DNA from: Lingula anatina
Lineage: Eukaryota > Animalia > Brachiopoda
Assembly (NCBI GenBank): GCA_051362555.1
Contig: CM120641.1
Coordinates: forward strand, 39,004,401 to 39,068,400
Length of the DNA: 64,000 bases
Reading direction: 5' to 3'
The notes under the pieces are model-generated. The model was not told the DNA's origin, searched no databases, and saw nothing but the letters and a program-made list of their open reading frames with translations. The translations under genes and the position numbers were made by a program. Below are positions 13,001 to 26,111 of this stretch, one piece after another (position 1 is the first letter of the stretch; each line of letters begins with the position of its first letter).

Positions 13001-15273
13001 AATAAAAAAATGACCTATATCATTACTAGAGTAGGATAAATTCTTACATTTGCTGCTGTAACATTCTTTTTTGTTAAATAAGTTGAATATATCAAAACTA
13101 AGAAAAATGAAGAATAAATATACTTACGACATTCACTCTAAATTTTTAAAAGTGTAAAAATGAATTACAATGAATATTTCAGAGTAGTGTAGATTCTTTG
13201 TTAAAATTCAAGTGTTTAAATGAGTCACACTGCTCCAGGCTAATGTTATAATACTAATTATATATTATCAATAATACTATTTCTTTGTTGTGCCATCAGC
13301 TATTATACTACCTAGAGTTACTGGGATGATAATGTGAGGCATGGAAGGACTTCAGCTGCTCCCAGGTGAGATCAGGTATACAGATGGGATCTCCTCCACT
13401 CTCTACTCCATAGGTATGGTTAGGTAGTAACATTCTCTGCAACTTACTTAGGAACAAGCTCTGGGATGAGGACTAGAAATTTAACAATAAAAAAAGTTTA
13501 CATCTTCTTTATCAGACTTTACATTTGCTGAAATTTAATCTTTACTTTCATATTTTGGAAATTATTAACTCTATAATTTTGCCAAGAAAAGTTCAAAATA
13601 ATAGTGTGATATACTATAAATTGTCTTGAACCACATGATCACATAATTAGCAACTTTATCTTTAAACAACAAAGCAACAACACAAGAGAAACAGTTCTGG
13701 ATATGAAAAGACTTACAAAAACTCCTTTCATTTCATTAAAAACCACTCCTTTAAATGTAATTGGAGATGTATTGTCCTCTGGGTTCTCGTGCTCCAAACG
13801 CCATCCTTCTTGGCTACAATCAGATAAAACAGAAAAGGTAAAAGTTAATCTGCCTGAATTCACTATGCATGAAATGAATATATGAATATATAAATTCCTT
13901 GAAAATAGACTGAAAATGGACTTAAAAACTCATTTTGGAGTTCATATAATTTAGATATTCAATGTGTTTACCTAAAGTCAGCCTGTCTTAGGTTGGGGTG
14001 AAATACAGCATCCAGATAGACTGACAACAGATTTTCATAGTCTTTGCGATTCTGAGTGGTGAATGGGTACATTGTCCAATCAGATGCTGAAAATGTGAAT
14101 GATATGTATTGTTTGTAGCACTGGCACAGTATCTTTCTGTATAAATTCTGTCAAAAATTATAATACTAAAAATTAAGAGAAAAAAAGATGCCATATTTTA
14201 AAATCCTACTGATAAATCAACATTTCACACAATGTGATTTATATTTAACTGCCATTCAACCTACCAGTAAAAGCATTCATAAATGTTGACAGCGATCGAG
14301 TTAACATCTTAAAGAAAGGATCCCTCACTGGAAACTTCTTAGATCCACAGAGCGCGGTGTGCTCCAAAATATGAGGTACACCTGTGCTGTCCATGGGGGT
14401 GGTGCGCAGCATTACCCTATAAAAACAAAGACCTGGGTATTTATCTTTGCTGTAACTATGTATAAGCCAGCTCTACCAATGGGATAAAAGGCAACGTTAG
14501 CTTAAAATCTAACAAACCTAATTTAAATAAAATATCCTCTGTCAAAATGAGTTAATAAGAATCAAGACTTGATAGGGAAAAAATTTATAAGAAAGAATAT
14601 ATTTTATTGGTTAAATAATTATATTGGTTAAAGAAAGATTGTGCAACACATAAAAAAGACAATCTGTTTCATTATTGTAAAAAGAAAATCTACCCAAACA
14701 TGTTATTCTGATCATCCCGAGCTATGTGTAAGTGCTCTGCTCCAGTCTGTTCATGCTGAAGTTGCACAGCAACACACTGCAGTTCTTGTACTGGCACCAC
14801 CTAGATAAAGATAAATATATTTTCATTTCCCCTTTTTTGCTCTCCTTCCCCTTCTCCAAAACTGACTTTAATAATTTCACATCCTTTATTACTCTGTGTG
14901 ATAGTTAAAGCAAATATCCAAGTCTCTGCTATTACTTACTCAGTTAGGCCCATCCCCCTGGATTCTACTATTACCTTTTGCACTAAATATCCATGAATAT
15001 TATCTCCTGTTTTTAGAGAAAGTGAATCTTGGATGACGCTTGATGTCTGGTATCTTTTAGGCAACTGTAAAAAAGGTCTAAAAGAAAATATTGTAAGAGT
15101 ACTATTATAGTATTAAACAAAACGTCAGTTGACGTTTATCTCAATGTAAGGATGATATACAGAGGTCAACCTGACTCTCTCAAAGGAAATTTACCAACAT
15201 AGTTTCAGATAGAAAGATTTGGGCCTAAGGTCTGACTAAATTGCAAATCCTGCACAATGCACAGGTTCAAAGC

Positions 15274-15313
<40 letters not shown>

Positions 15314-15581
15314 TATGACACGGTCACACCGGTGTGGGTTTCACATGATATGAATGAACCTTGAAAAGCCACGAACACACAAAATGATTGATTCTATGAT
15401 TAAATGCAAAGATGCACTTAAACCCGACCTCCTAAGAAATGAGAAATAGGACCAAACGTCGTAACATGACGAGGCAATTTTAGTTTTTCCAAAAACAATA
15501 CCAAGGTCATGCATATGGCAGTTAGCACCATACTAACCTTAACAACCTGCAAGCTCGCTGATTTTGAAACAAAAACCTCAT
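1..15581 (-). CDS. PITRM1: Mitochondrial presequence protease (pitrilysin metallopeptidase 1, M16C); multi-exon, 3' end beyond window start
   Basis: Phase-consistent GT-AG exons, 5'->3': 15538-15581, 14975-15077, 14694-14800, 14265-14416, 13972-14086, 13717-13813, 13312-13472, 12872-12995, 12472-12560, 12006-12134, 11693-11806, 11238-11334, 10881-11015, 10502-10640, 10039-10155, 9675-9804, 8725-8845, 8150-8226, 2725-2890, 2000-2100, 1671-1785, 1218-1330, 753-806, 444-515, <1-71. Translation has an Arg-rich presequence ([24 protein letters not shown]), the inverzincin HxxEH motif ([28 protein letters not shown]), [46 protein letters not shown] and FFSYRDP, all typical of PITRM1/Cym1. Exon 1 is the least certain. 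Confidence 0.96.
2609..2683. repeat. Compound (TC)n(CA)n microsatellite
   Basis: Read directly; it produces the spurious CVCV/HTHT ORFs in the track. Confidence 0.95.
4619..6883 (+). CDS. Secreted collagen-repeat + C-terminal C1q-domain protein (CTRP/adiponectin-like architecture), 277 aa, nested antisense in PITRM1 intron 18
   Basis: Exons 4619-4781 (hydrophobic signal-like N-terminus, CKIFC; donor G|gtaagt), 5482-5625 (144 nt, 16 Gly-X-Y triplets) and 6357-6883 (6 more Gly-X-Y, then gC1q: [61 protein letters not shown]). Both introns are phase 1 and the total is 834 nt. AATAAA at 7045-7050. Confidence 0.9.
6998..7032. repeat. (TA)n microsatellite
   Basis: Read directly; lies in the 3' UTR of the C1q gene. 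Confidence 0.9.
8889..9502. mobile_element. Non-autonomous DNA transposon (MITE), 614 bp, 77-bp perfect TIRs, 8-bp TSD (hAT/P-type), in PITRM1 intron 16
   Basis: TIR 8889-8965 (CACCCTGAGCTTCAGAGC...CTCTGAC) is the exact reverse complement of 9426-9502. CATGAAGC is duplicated at 8881-8888 and 9503-9510. Confidence 0.93.
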
Positions 15582-15599
15582 CTTAGGTTATTTTAGCAC

Positions 15600-15870
15600 A
15601 GTTTTCAGCTAAATATTTTCCATCCAGGCATCGACCTAAGCATTTATGGGAAGCGCCATCTTGAAATTAAAGGTCTCTGAAATGTAAAATGTAATTGGCT
15701 AAAATTTGACCTGTTTGTTATAATTAGCCAATGATTCCGTGTTTAACATTGCAAATCCAATGTTTACATCTGTCTGTGTGTCTTTCCGGTTTCGTCTTGT
15801 CAAAGTATTTTTTATGTTTTAAAACATTAATGCATTTTTTATTTTAAAAGTGAACTACATAATACCAGGT
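15600..15870. promoter_or_regulatory. Bidirectional promoter of PITRM1 and ASB8
   Basis: The divergent first exons are under 300 bp apart. The interval has a YY1-type CAAGATGGCG (minus strand, ~15654-15663), CCAAT boxes near 15695, 15728 and 15757, and an ETS-type TTCCGG near 15784. Confidence 0.65.
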
Positions 15871-17619
15871 AAGCACACTTAAGTCAACTTTCTGATAGAT
15901 CTGTATGGCACATGTTAAAGTAACCGTATCTGTCTACATAACGTCATAGAGCACAAAGTTGCATTAGCACTCCTACGACTACAGGCTACTTACATATTCA
16001 TGTATTTACAACTTGTACCTGTCTGATATATCAGAGATTATAAAAAGCAATGTTAAGACATGAACATTCATGCTCATCATGATAGAACCAATACAAAACT
16101 GCCCTACCTTCTACACTTGATGTTGTTTTAACCTAGTACGCATCACACTTGTTTACTGGATCCAAAATTTAACTAACTGAAACCTGTCAGAAATCCAAAA
16201 AGGAAAACTGGAGGGACCATACTGCAAATTTTATTCATGAAATTGGATTCATCTAAAGAGCAGGAAAATTGCACATATAATTTATCAAGCTATTTTATTT
16301 CACGACAAAAAAGAATATATATATATATATATATCACCCACATACATGTGTCTGTGTCATGTTAGAGAACACTAGAGAAGAGCATTCTATTCTGGAGCCA
16401 CATCAGTGTTGTTTTTTACATGACACTTTACAGTTGATGCTAAAAAAAAGTACATTTGTCAAATTATCTGGCATTCTTTACAGCTGTCTGTTACTACTTC
16501 CCATAACAACAAATTTTTTTCTGGTCTGCCTAAACTTTGAATATTCATATAGTATTTAAAGGCAATTTTGAAAAAGATATTTTCCAATTTATTATTTTTA
16601 GATAATGCAAGTACCGTTTGGAGTAAGTTTGGGCTGTCTGTTAAGCAAATAGGAGGATTTGATATACATGAAATCTTATACATTGTCCCTTTCATGTGGA
16701 AACAATTTACATATATGCATATAAATAAAGCATAGGTCATCCCAATAATAAACCTCTGATGTGTACATTTTATTTCTTATAGGATATTATGGGATTTTTC
16801 TTGCATTTAGATTGTCATTAATGGTATCTTTCTGTTATGCTGGAGGTCTATACAAAATTCATGACAGTCATAAATTTTGCATTTTTAGTACATGGAATGC
16901 ATATTTAGGTAATTTGATGCAAAATTATTTTAATAAAAACAGTAGTTTGCTTGAACATCAGTGATTAGGTATACAAGTAACAAAATAGTTTCATTTGAAT
17001 CTACTGTTGTTTGCTAAGGGTCTCCAAGATCAGGATCTCCAAGAACTTGGTATATAAAAGAAAAAAAAAATATTGCAAGTTTAACCAACTACTTAATTGT
17101 ACCTACTTAGGCCCATTGTGCATGGATGTATGGCAAATGCATAAAATCAATCTAATGAATAAAACGTTTCCCCTCAATGCTCTTTCATTTTTCTCGTCCA
17201 TAATGCTGTTAAATGACCTGGGAGTAAATTGTATTGCCTATGTGATGTTGTTTCCAAAATTGATAAGAATTAGCTTGGTAAAATAGGTCTCCATGGGAAT
17301 AAGTGTCACATTTTATGTAGTCATAATTTCTGCCAATTATTCAAATTTCTTTTATTATTATTATTATTTGTTTTTTATTTGGGGGGGGGGGGGCAGATGA
17401 AATTGTGTGGCAGTTTATTTGCACTCTTTAAAACTGTGGTGGCATTTGGTTAAGTTAAGCAGCAGTAGTTTGGGTACAATGAACTTGCTTAATATGTAGA
17501 TAAGTGAGGATTTTTAAATTTAAAGTTAGTGTTAAAACAACAAGAGGTTTGTTCTAATATATATATATATATATATATGCTGTGATACATTTTAAATAAG
17601 AAATTCTATATTTCAGACC

Positions 17620-18942
17620 ATGTGGTATATCATGGACAGTGTACAAAGAAACTACCAACTATCTGAGCGCCTTGTGCGTGCAATCAGTGACTGGGCTACA
17701 CTAGCTCCATCTAGTGACAGTGTTGAACAGTTAATCCATGAAGGTGCAGATGTGAACAAGCCCCATGGTACTCTCTTACCTCTACATTGTGCCTGTATGG
17801 TTAGTGACAGCTATGTTGTGGAGTTATTGCTGCAGCATGGGGCACAGGTGTGGATTTTATTGGATATAGACTTGTCATCATGAAATGAAATACTTGTCAT
17901 CATGTCAGTGCAGTGAATTTAATATGATTTGTCGTAAAGTTAAAAATGACAAAAACATTGCTTTCATTTTGATTTAAAAAGTTTGCAACTACAATACTAC
18001 TTGAATTTAAATCTTAGCTGTCATTTCTCTTTTGTCTAATAAAGGTTTGGAGCATTACTTAAAATTTTATTAGTTTGTTAAAATGTCACATTTTTTTGAG
18101 ATTGCTACTAGTACATTGTAAGACTGACCCAAAGATGAGTAATTGGTATAAAGTGCATCTCCTGGTAACCAGATAAAAACAGACCCTTACTGCCTTTGTG
18201 GATCTAGGGGTTCATCATATCTGTAAGTGATTTTTAAAAAGTGTTCTATTTGCAGGTGAATAGTATTGATGGGTATGGTCGGGCAGCTCTTCACTATGCT
18301 GTTGAGAGGGATATAACATGCACAGAGATTTTATTGGACCACAACGCACACCCTGACATTCCTGACAACAATCAAGACACACCTCTCCACTGGGCAGCAT
18401 TCAAAAACCAAGTACAGTGTCTGGAGGCCTTGTTGCAGCGTGGGGCTCGTGTTAATGCTGTAGACTATAACAATGACACCCCTCTCAGCTGGGCTGCCAT
18501 GAAGGGGAACTATGAGGCTCTTGCTATATTACTGGAATACAATGCTGATGTGGATACAGTCAACTTCAGTGGCCGGACTCCCATATTACGTTGTGCTGCC
18601 ATGCAGGCTAGTGGGCTAGACACACATGTGTATGACCAGTGTCTTGACCTACTGCTCAAAGCATCAGGAAAGATTGACCTCAGAGATCCACAGGGAAACC
18701 TACCCAGGATAGTGGAAGGGGATAACAAACTGAGGGAATTGATGTTAGAATACTGTGAAAAACCAAGACCTTTACAAGAGCTATGTAGATATGCTGTTAG
18801 AAAGTCTTTAGGCACTCGGTACATACCCACTGTGATTCCAAAGCTGCCTCTACCTTCTCGTCTACAGGACTATCTGCTCCTTGGCAGACAATATTTAAGG
18901 AACCAGTCAGACACAGATATAAGTAATATTAATGTTGTTTGA
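17620..18942 (+). CDS. ASB8: Ankyrin repeat and SOCS box protein 8, 304 aa
   Basis: Exons 17620-17847 and 18256-18942 (phase 0, CAG|gtgtgg ... tttgcag|GTG). MWYIMDSVQRNYQLSERLVRAI, HGTLLPLHCACMVSD, DTPLHWAAFKN, DYNNDTPLSWAAMKGN and the SOCS box LQELCRYAVRKSLG..LPLPSRLQDYLLL closely match remembered human ASB8. A probable non-coding exon 1 ends at 15868 (CAG|gtaagc). Confidence 0.95.
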
Positions 18943-21900
18943 TGTGAAGAGGGGTATAAATAATTGGGATGTGAAATCTGATAGGTTTAGATGATTTATT
19001 TTATTCATTTAAAGCACAAGCACATGTACATGCCTACATGTACCGGTACATACAGTATGCTTGAAGCACTGGTGTATTCAAGTGTTTGCATATCTCATCA
19101 TCTCAATCAGGAGTGAAGGATTCTCATCAGATGATTATTAATACGCAGAAATGGGGGAAATGGACTCCGAAACGCTGATGCCAGTTAACAGTTCGTTAAC
19201 TTATGACCCCTGTAAAACACTAATATCAGAATCTTAAAGGTGTTTAGCCTTTGATTTATTGCCATTTTGAATTATTGTAAGCAATTATTTGAAATTTATG
19301 CTGTATAAAGTTATACCCCAGTAGAAGTACCCATTTTACCCGGGATTGTAAATTATATTTTACTCTGCTGCATGGTGACTTAAATGCAATGGGTCTGCAG
19401 AATTGTCTGTTTTATATGTAAATGGAATTTGGTAATCACTCTTTACTCCTGTCCTTGTCATCTTATTCAAACTGTGTATTTAATCTCTGTGATTACAAAG
19501 AGTATTTGATGATTTATTTTTGAAATATGAACTTCTGCTGTGGCGTGAAATGACTATTTGGTAATTTCTCTTAGTATCCTTTTAAGGGCTATTCAAACAC
19601 CAGTTGTTTCATTTTTTTCTTGATTATTTGGCTAGTACTAAAGGAGTGAATGAGTGCCATGCTTGGGTAGGTTTTTACCCAATGGTGGCAAGATTTTGTG
19701 TGGTCAAGTCTATTATTATTATTTGTTTTTCATTTGGATACAAAAGTATTAACTATTCAGAATTTGAATGTCATGGAATATTCATCAGTAACAAGAATAA
19801 ACTAAAAACAATCTTCCCTGCATGTAATCTTACCCAGATGGTGTTTTTCTTTACAATTCATAACCCATACTGGGAAGAAAAAAAATGTATTGAATGTTGA
19901 AATGTTAAAAGCTGGCCAAGTACAAAAGGAACAGGTTATTTTTTTATTTCATGCATGATGAAAGAGTCCAATTCCAGTAAATGTTGGCATTGTATGCTAA
20001 TCTTGGTGTCAGTGGTAACTTTTGCACCAGGCATTCATGATAAACATTTGCAAAACATTTCAATTTGCACTGAAATAATTGGGCTTAACTGCTAGGAGAG
20101 TTTTTTTTCACTTGGACAGTCCATATATTCTATCTGAAATACATTTAGGCATTCATTTTAATTTGAAGATAGTAAAAAGTGATTTTTGTTTTTTGTATAC
20201 ATTTTAGTGGACTTGTCTGACAGAATTGATCAGCCTTGCAGCATAGTTGCCAGATTTGTTTTTTTAGGTGAAAGTAATTTAAAAAGTTTTTTTTAGGTTC
20301 GATTCAGGTGAAATGGTGAAATGGCTGTGCATTAATCAATCTTTGAAGTAACAGACATGGCCATTCTGGGGGGGGGGGGGGGATAACTTTCTCATGGGTC
20401 AATCATTTGGGAGAAATCAGCATGCCCCCTTTTCTCTTACTGTCTATTATTTTTTTTTTTTTCAAATGTGATTTTCAGATAGGCCTATCTTTTATATCAT
20501 AAGTGGAAAAGGTGTTTTAAAGAGGTCCTTTAACTCTTTTACTTGACCAATTTTTGTTTTCGTTTTGGCTTTTGACAACCTTGTTACGTTTACCAATAAT
20601 ACGCGAACCTCGTACACCATGCAGACGGAACTCGCCGTGATCATTTGAATAGGGGATTGTGATCTATTTAATTATTTGTGGACAAAATTACGAATTTTAT
20701 ACGGGGCATTAAAATATCTTTGGGCCTTTTGTTTTTCATTTTATTATTTTTTTTTTCATGTCATGTCAAGTGCACTACATGATTCTACACCTGCTTATAT
20801 TATAATGGTAAATGAAACGTATTATGGAATCTGAAAATAATCTTAATTGCCTAAAAATTTTGTTTCTTCCTCTAATGAGCTTCAGTAAATGCTTCTGTTT
20901 CTTTTTTACAAACTGAAACGATCGGATATTATTTTGTAATTTTATTTTTTAACACTCATCACAACGTTGAATAGGTATGTTTTGATATATTTGCTGTATG
21001 CCTGTGAACTTTGATTATTCAAATATTAAAAAAGCTTCTGTCGAGCGATAAGCTTTACATGATATCAATAGGTGACTTTTCAATAATGAAGTTAAGGGGG
21101 GTTCTCCCGGCTATCAATTTTCATTAAAATGTTGGCTGTGTGGTTATTGGCGTCTTATGAATGATTAAAGAGGCGTTCTTTTTAACCAGACAAACAACCA
21201 TAACGCACCTATCGGCCACACATGTAATCTTCTCGCTGATTTCTGTGTTTTGTTTGAATTCGATTGACAAATTTTCTTTAAAGCCTTTCTCGGTTGCAAT
21301 TAATTTAAGTTTGCCTTAGATCGGACCTAATATAAGCTACGCGCCGTATGTGTATGTGTACAATCTTAACTCAGATCCCACCAAAACTAATTTTGAGCGA
21401 TTCCGTTTTGAAAGGTCCTTGGTTATCTATTGTCATTAGACAAATTTAATGGCTAGATGTTCGTGGTTTAATGAACATTCCATTTTTACTTCAGTGAAAC
21501 GCTGTGACTTATTAAGGTGAGTAAGCTCTAAATAGAAGGTTGAATAAATGGTTTTAGGATAGCGTTACATGTTGATCGCACAATTCATCGATGGGAAATC
21601 GGTAGCTGACACAGAATGTTATGTGAAGGAAACGGGCAATTTGGGCTTAGACCAGCGATAAGATCCCGGCCCATAAGTCTTAACTGTTTGCAACACTATA
21701 CATACAGTTTAAACGGAGCATCATTTGCCACTTGACGACCCAGATCTGCCAGAGTAAATACACAATTTTTAACGTGTCAACATGTTATTTATTTAATTGC
21801 ACATTGCTAAATATTAAAAACGTAACAAGAAAATAACCAAAGACATGAAAATGTGAACAATAACAGCAAAAAACAACTTTCATTATTGGTCATGCAATCG

Positions 21901-22397
21901 CCGACGTCGGCCACAAAAACAACGCACAAAATAATTTAATACATTATTAATAAATTATAACTCCAATCTAAGAAATATCGAGACATACACGAAGCCAATT
22001 TTTCTTCTCTCACATTAATATTGACATACCAATATCGACATTAAGCGTGATTGTCACGATCAATATGTTTAAAAATGATACTGGAACACATTAGAAATAA
22101 TTCAAAATGGCACTTTTCTGTAAAATAAAACCTTCTGTCATTAACGATTAAGAAAAATCTTGATCACATTTGATTGTATTTTAATGGAGCACTCAAACGT
22201 CGTCAATATGGCACAAATGCAGAACCGAATACGAAACAATTAATTTCCGACCGATAAGCCTTATCAGTTCCTTTGATTTTACTGTGTTTGACTAAAGATC
22301 CTTCGCCTCACTGGATTTGTCACACTGTAGTCCTGTAAACGTACTTCATACTAGCAACTCTCTGTCAACTTTTGTGTTTCAGTCTGAGATAAACCGC

Positions 22398-24563
22398 CTA
22401 CCACTTAACCTTTACATGGTTGCGCACATAAGATAGGTTCTTGTAGTAAGAATTATCAAAGGGTAACACATATGCTGCCATGGTGCGGTTATAATGTAAC
22501 TCCTCCATACAGTCGTAGGCTAGTGGTTCGTAATCCAAGTAGAATTTGTTTGAGAAAAACTCTTTCCTTTGCATAAGAAGAGGGAGGTCCCCAATCCCAA
22601 ATATACACACCATTCTAACACGCTTCCCGTGACAGGGATAATCAAAAGGCCAATCTCCCCAGTTTTTAAAACGCGTGTTGAAGGGTTTCTTTTCTGGGTG
22701 GGTCTCGGGGTCTTTACCTGAAAACAAGATAAGAAATTTTCATTTACGTAAGTCTAAATATATAGGACCACAGTCAGACACGCAATCAAGCATTATAACA
22801 AATCTTTCCTTTGACAAGAAAAATTTAAGGTACTCAAAGCATAAGTTTAAATGGTTCAGCCAGAAATAAAAAAAATAGTTTTAACGACTATTTCGTTATA
22901 AAGGCCAGTTAAAACCCATCCTGAATCGTAAACGTAAAGCTCCCAAATGTTGTCAGCCGCTTTTCAGATGACATCTTAAATTCATCGAGTCAATTTGAAT
23001 TTTAATTTTTCGCATTAGCATTATTTGAATGAACATGGAATTGTCTTATACACAATAAGCAAATGTAACTATAAATAAATAACTATAATCCCATTAAACA
23101 ATGGCTGTATCGACGAGAAATATACACCTGTAAACGCTCCTGGAGCACCTAACTGAGGATTGTGGTTCAGTGTAGTAAAGAAAGACTCGTCAGGTATGCC
23201 TGCTTTCTTGTCCCACTCATGGAATTCTTTGGCTTTTGGGTCATTAAGGACAAAGTCAACGAATGGTCTGGAAGCCACGATGTGGACTGAACCTTTCATA
23301 GGAGTTATATTATATGGCGGCGTGGGCAAATCTTTAAAGCGATCCATATTACGTCTGAAATGAAAGAAAATGACATTTTTTATCGTATATTTTGGATTAT
23401 GGAAAATTCCTAAGGAAATTAGTGCAAAGAAAATCAAAATCAGCGGTATTTCCAGAATGACTGTTAAAAGTAGTTTGTTTTTTTTTTTTGTTTTTAGTTG
23501 AGCGAGTATGTTATTAGATAATCTTTGACTTTATGAGAACGCAATGAGTGCTAATGCCTATAACTATATAAAATCAGGCAAGCGTAAATAGCTGCACATA
23601 AAAACATCTCATGCTTTGCATAAAAATCGCTTCAAGTAACATATTTTATGAGGTGACATCTATATTCTACAATTTCTTCGTTAAATCAATGATCTTCCTT
23701 TGAGGGTATAACTTGTGTTACCTTTTAACAGTCCCTTCAATATCGTTAGCCCCATTGTAAGTTTTCAAAATTTTTACAAGTTCAAGATTGGTTTTAAGGG
23801 GAAACTCTTGTCCAGTGAGGTTAATAAAATACTTCCATTTCCTTGACTTCTTTAAGAGCTCTTCCATGCATATGAGATCCGCCTCCAGGACACTGTATTG
23901 CCCCCACTGGACGTCAATTCGTTTGGAGGCAATGAAGACGTTGTCAAAACAGTTGGAGATTTGCCTGACAGCATTGTAAAAGTTTTCAGGCGACTTTTTA
24001 TCCACGTGAAAACAGTATAAGTTTTGTGGTCGATAAATAGCACGAAGTAACCTTTCCACTTGTTCTACCTCTTTAAAAACCACCATAGAATAAGCGATAG
24101 GGTATTCTTCCTCTTCTCTGGAAAGGGTGGACATAATGTATTGTCGATCACGGACAAATTTATCACAGTTAGAAGCATCATTTAAAATGTCTTTGTCAGG
24201 AATGATTTTCTTTGGCGATGATTTCATCAAAGATTTTGCATTTTGGACCTCCTTCTCACTGCCTTCAAACAGCGCTGCGCAGTTAATGGATGGCACTCGA
24301 ACTTTGGGTAGCTTGTTAAAAAACTCCAAACTGCCTTTGTATAATGAAGATTGCATTGATTTGGTTTCGCCGTTAGCTGTACTATTCTTGACGGGAGCAG
24401 GCGGATGGAAAGCCCTAGGGTATGAAGTCTCGTATGATGACATTTGCCCTGTGGTGTAGAAGAACAATATTCCTATGCAGCACCCAAGTAAAACAGACAC
24501 CGTCCACCGTATCCAGTCTTTCCCCCTGCCTCCTGTAACTATATTACTGCTCGTCGGAGCCAT
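22398..24563 (-). CDS. Beta-1,6-N-acetylglucosaminyltransferase (core-2/I-branching, GT14 family, GCNT-like), 462 aa
   Basis: Exons 23722-24563, 23128-23354 and 22398-22717 (phase 2, then phase 1; 1389 nt). Type II membrane anchor WTVSVLLGCCIGILFFY; EEEEYPIAYSMVV..ERLLRAIYRPQNLYCFHVDKKS, WKYFINLTGQEFPLKTN, catalytic-region PDES and C-terminal CHGKRVRMVCIFGIGDL..NKF motifs of the GCNT family. The paralogue cannot be assigned from sequence alone. Confidence 0.93.
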
Positions 24564-25825
24564 GGTTTACGCCATAAGTAAGGTTTTTTTTCTTTTCTAC
24601 AGTTTCATTGCACATCCACATGTAAAATAATATTCAGTAGTCTGCTGCCTTCACTTTTAAAGTCAGTTCTTTCAGTGTTCTATTATTGTCTCATCGGTGG
24701 ACTACATTATACATCATAACACAACAGGACGCAAATCGTATCCTCCGCATAAAGTAAGTGTACCCGAACCCAGCCATTTACTTCGTCTGAAAGGCAAACA
24801 AAGCATAGAATAAACGGAATTTATAATACGTAACTTATAGACGATACGAAGACCATTAAAACCTACCTTAAAACATACATTAACCTCAAAGACAAACAGT
24901 CCCATCCTTACCATTGAAAAGTCAAATAAACCACAGTTAATTGCAGTCTTGCGGCAGCTCCCGTGCTGCAAAACCATATAGTGTCTTCGTACTATCGCCA
25001 GACCTCATCCTATGCGATAACCAGCAGGATGGGTCATGGTGACGTTAATGTACATTGTTTAATCTGCACTACGATAATATCATATCGCTGATATGAAATC
25101 GTATTCCAGGTCAAAGTCACAGCAGGTCTGAATTTGCAAACAATAAGTATAAATAAAGTCAGTAAATTAAGAAATTCAAATTTAAAAAAATGGAAAAGGC
25201 ACAAGTGGATATAATTTTAAAAAACTGCTATAATCAAAAAGAGATATAATGTAACATCATTATAAAAAAATTAAAATAGACAAAACCCAGAGAATAATGC
25301 TCTCACAGGTCTCAATTTAGGTCTTTGTAGAATATACAATTCCTCGTTTTGCATTGGTAAAAGGTGGTAGATTTTGTTGCCACCTCGATCGTCAACATCG
25401 TCAATTTACGATCTCGACAGTGCGATGGCAAAATATTTCAAAAACTCTCTTTGTGTTGATACTATCTTTCACTTTGATTACCTGTTACGGCATGGTTTAT
25501 AAACTTAACCTGATAAAAGTATGCAAAATACAACTTATGACAACCTTATTTTGAAATATTCGCAATGGAAAGAGACCAGAAAAAAGGACAAAACATTAAA
25601 TTACATACCCAAACGCCCTTACAAAAACTGCTATTAAAAATGCGAAAATCCCCAAATTCTAAAGATTTAACAAACAGTCAAGTAGTAAAGAAATTTAAAG
25701 CTCAATTTTCAATTTGTTATAGAATAATATTACATTTTTTCTTATTGATAAAGCGTTTTTGTCTTTACTCAGTTTACACACTTATAAGTTATACATTTGA
25801 AGCATTCTTATCTCAATATATTTAT

Positions 25826-26111
25826 CAGGGGCGGATCCAGGATTATTTGAAGGGGGGGGGGGAACGGAACGACAGACCTCTGATGCGAAGCCGGCCATCC
25901 CCCCCTTGACGTGGGTTCGGGGCCTGTCCAAGGGCCCCGAAATTTTTTTGTGTTTTGGAGGGCAAACGGTGCCCTTTGGCGCGGTTTAGAACTATGATTC
26001 AGTCAGTCAAAATTCTAATTTCAAGAGGGAAATATTGGTGTGATATATTTTTTAGAAACCGAAAGAATGTCAGGACCCCACCCCCTGACCCCCCCTATAA
26101 ATCAGCCATTG
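25826..26111. mobile_element. Degenerate short-TIR non-autonomous DNA transposon
   Basis: GC-rich island starting CAGGGGCGGATCCA and ending TAAATCAGCCATTG (imperfect inverse), with G and C runs inside and TTTAT on both flanks. Confidence 0.5.

Noticed and set aside
15429-15659. Alternative PITRM1 first exons (ATG 15643 with donor gtcgat; exon ending ~15429 with donor gtcggg)
   Set aside because: The donors are weak. ATG 15581 with AAG|gttagt gives the right phase and a better presequence.
18510-18830. 106-aa minus ORF (likewise 24127-24459, 23788-23979, 23160-23363, 10453-10644, 13703-13885, 1681-1920)
   Set aside because: Antisense shadows of real coding exons.
21092-21130. TTAAGGGGGG start resembling a Kolobok/piggyBac end
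   Set aside because: No matching inverted end with TTAA was found nearby.
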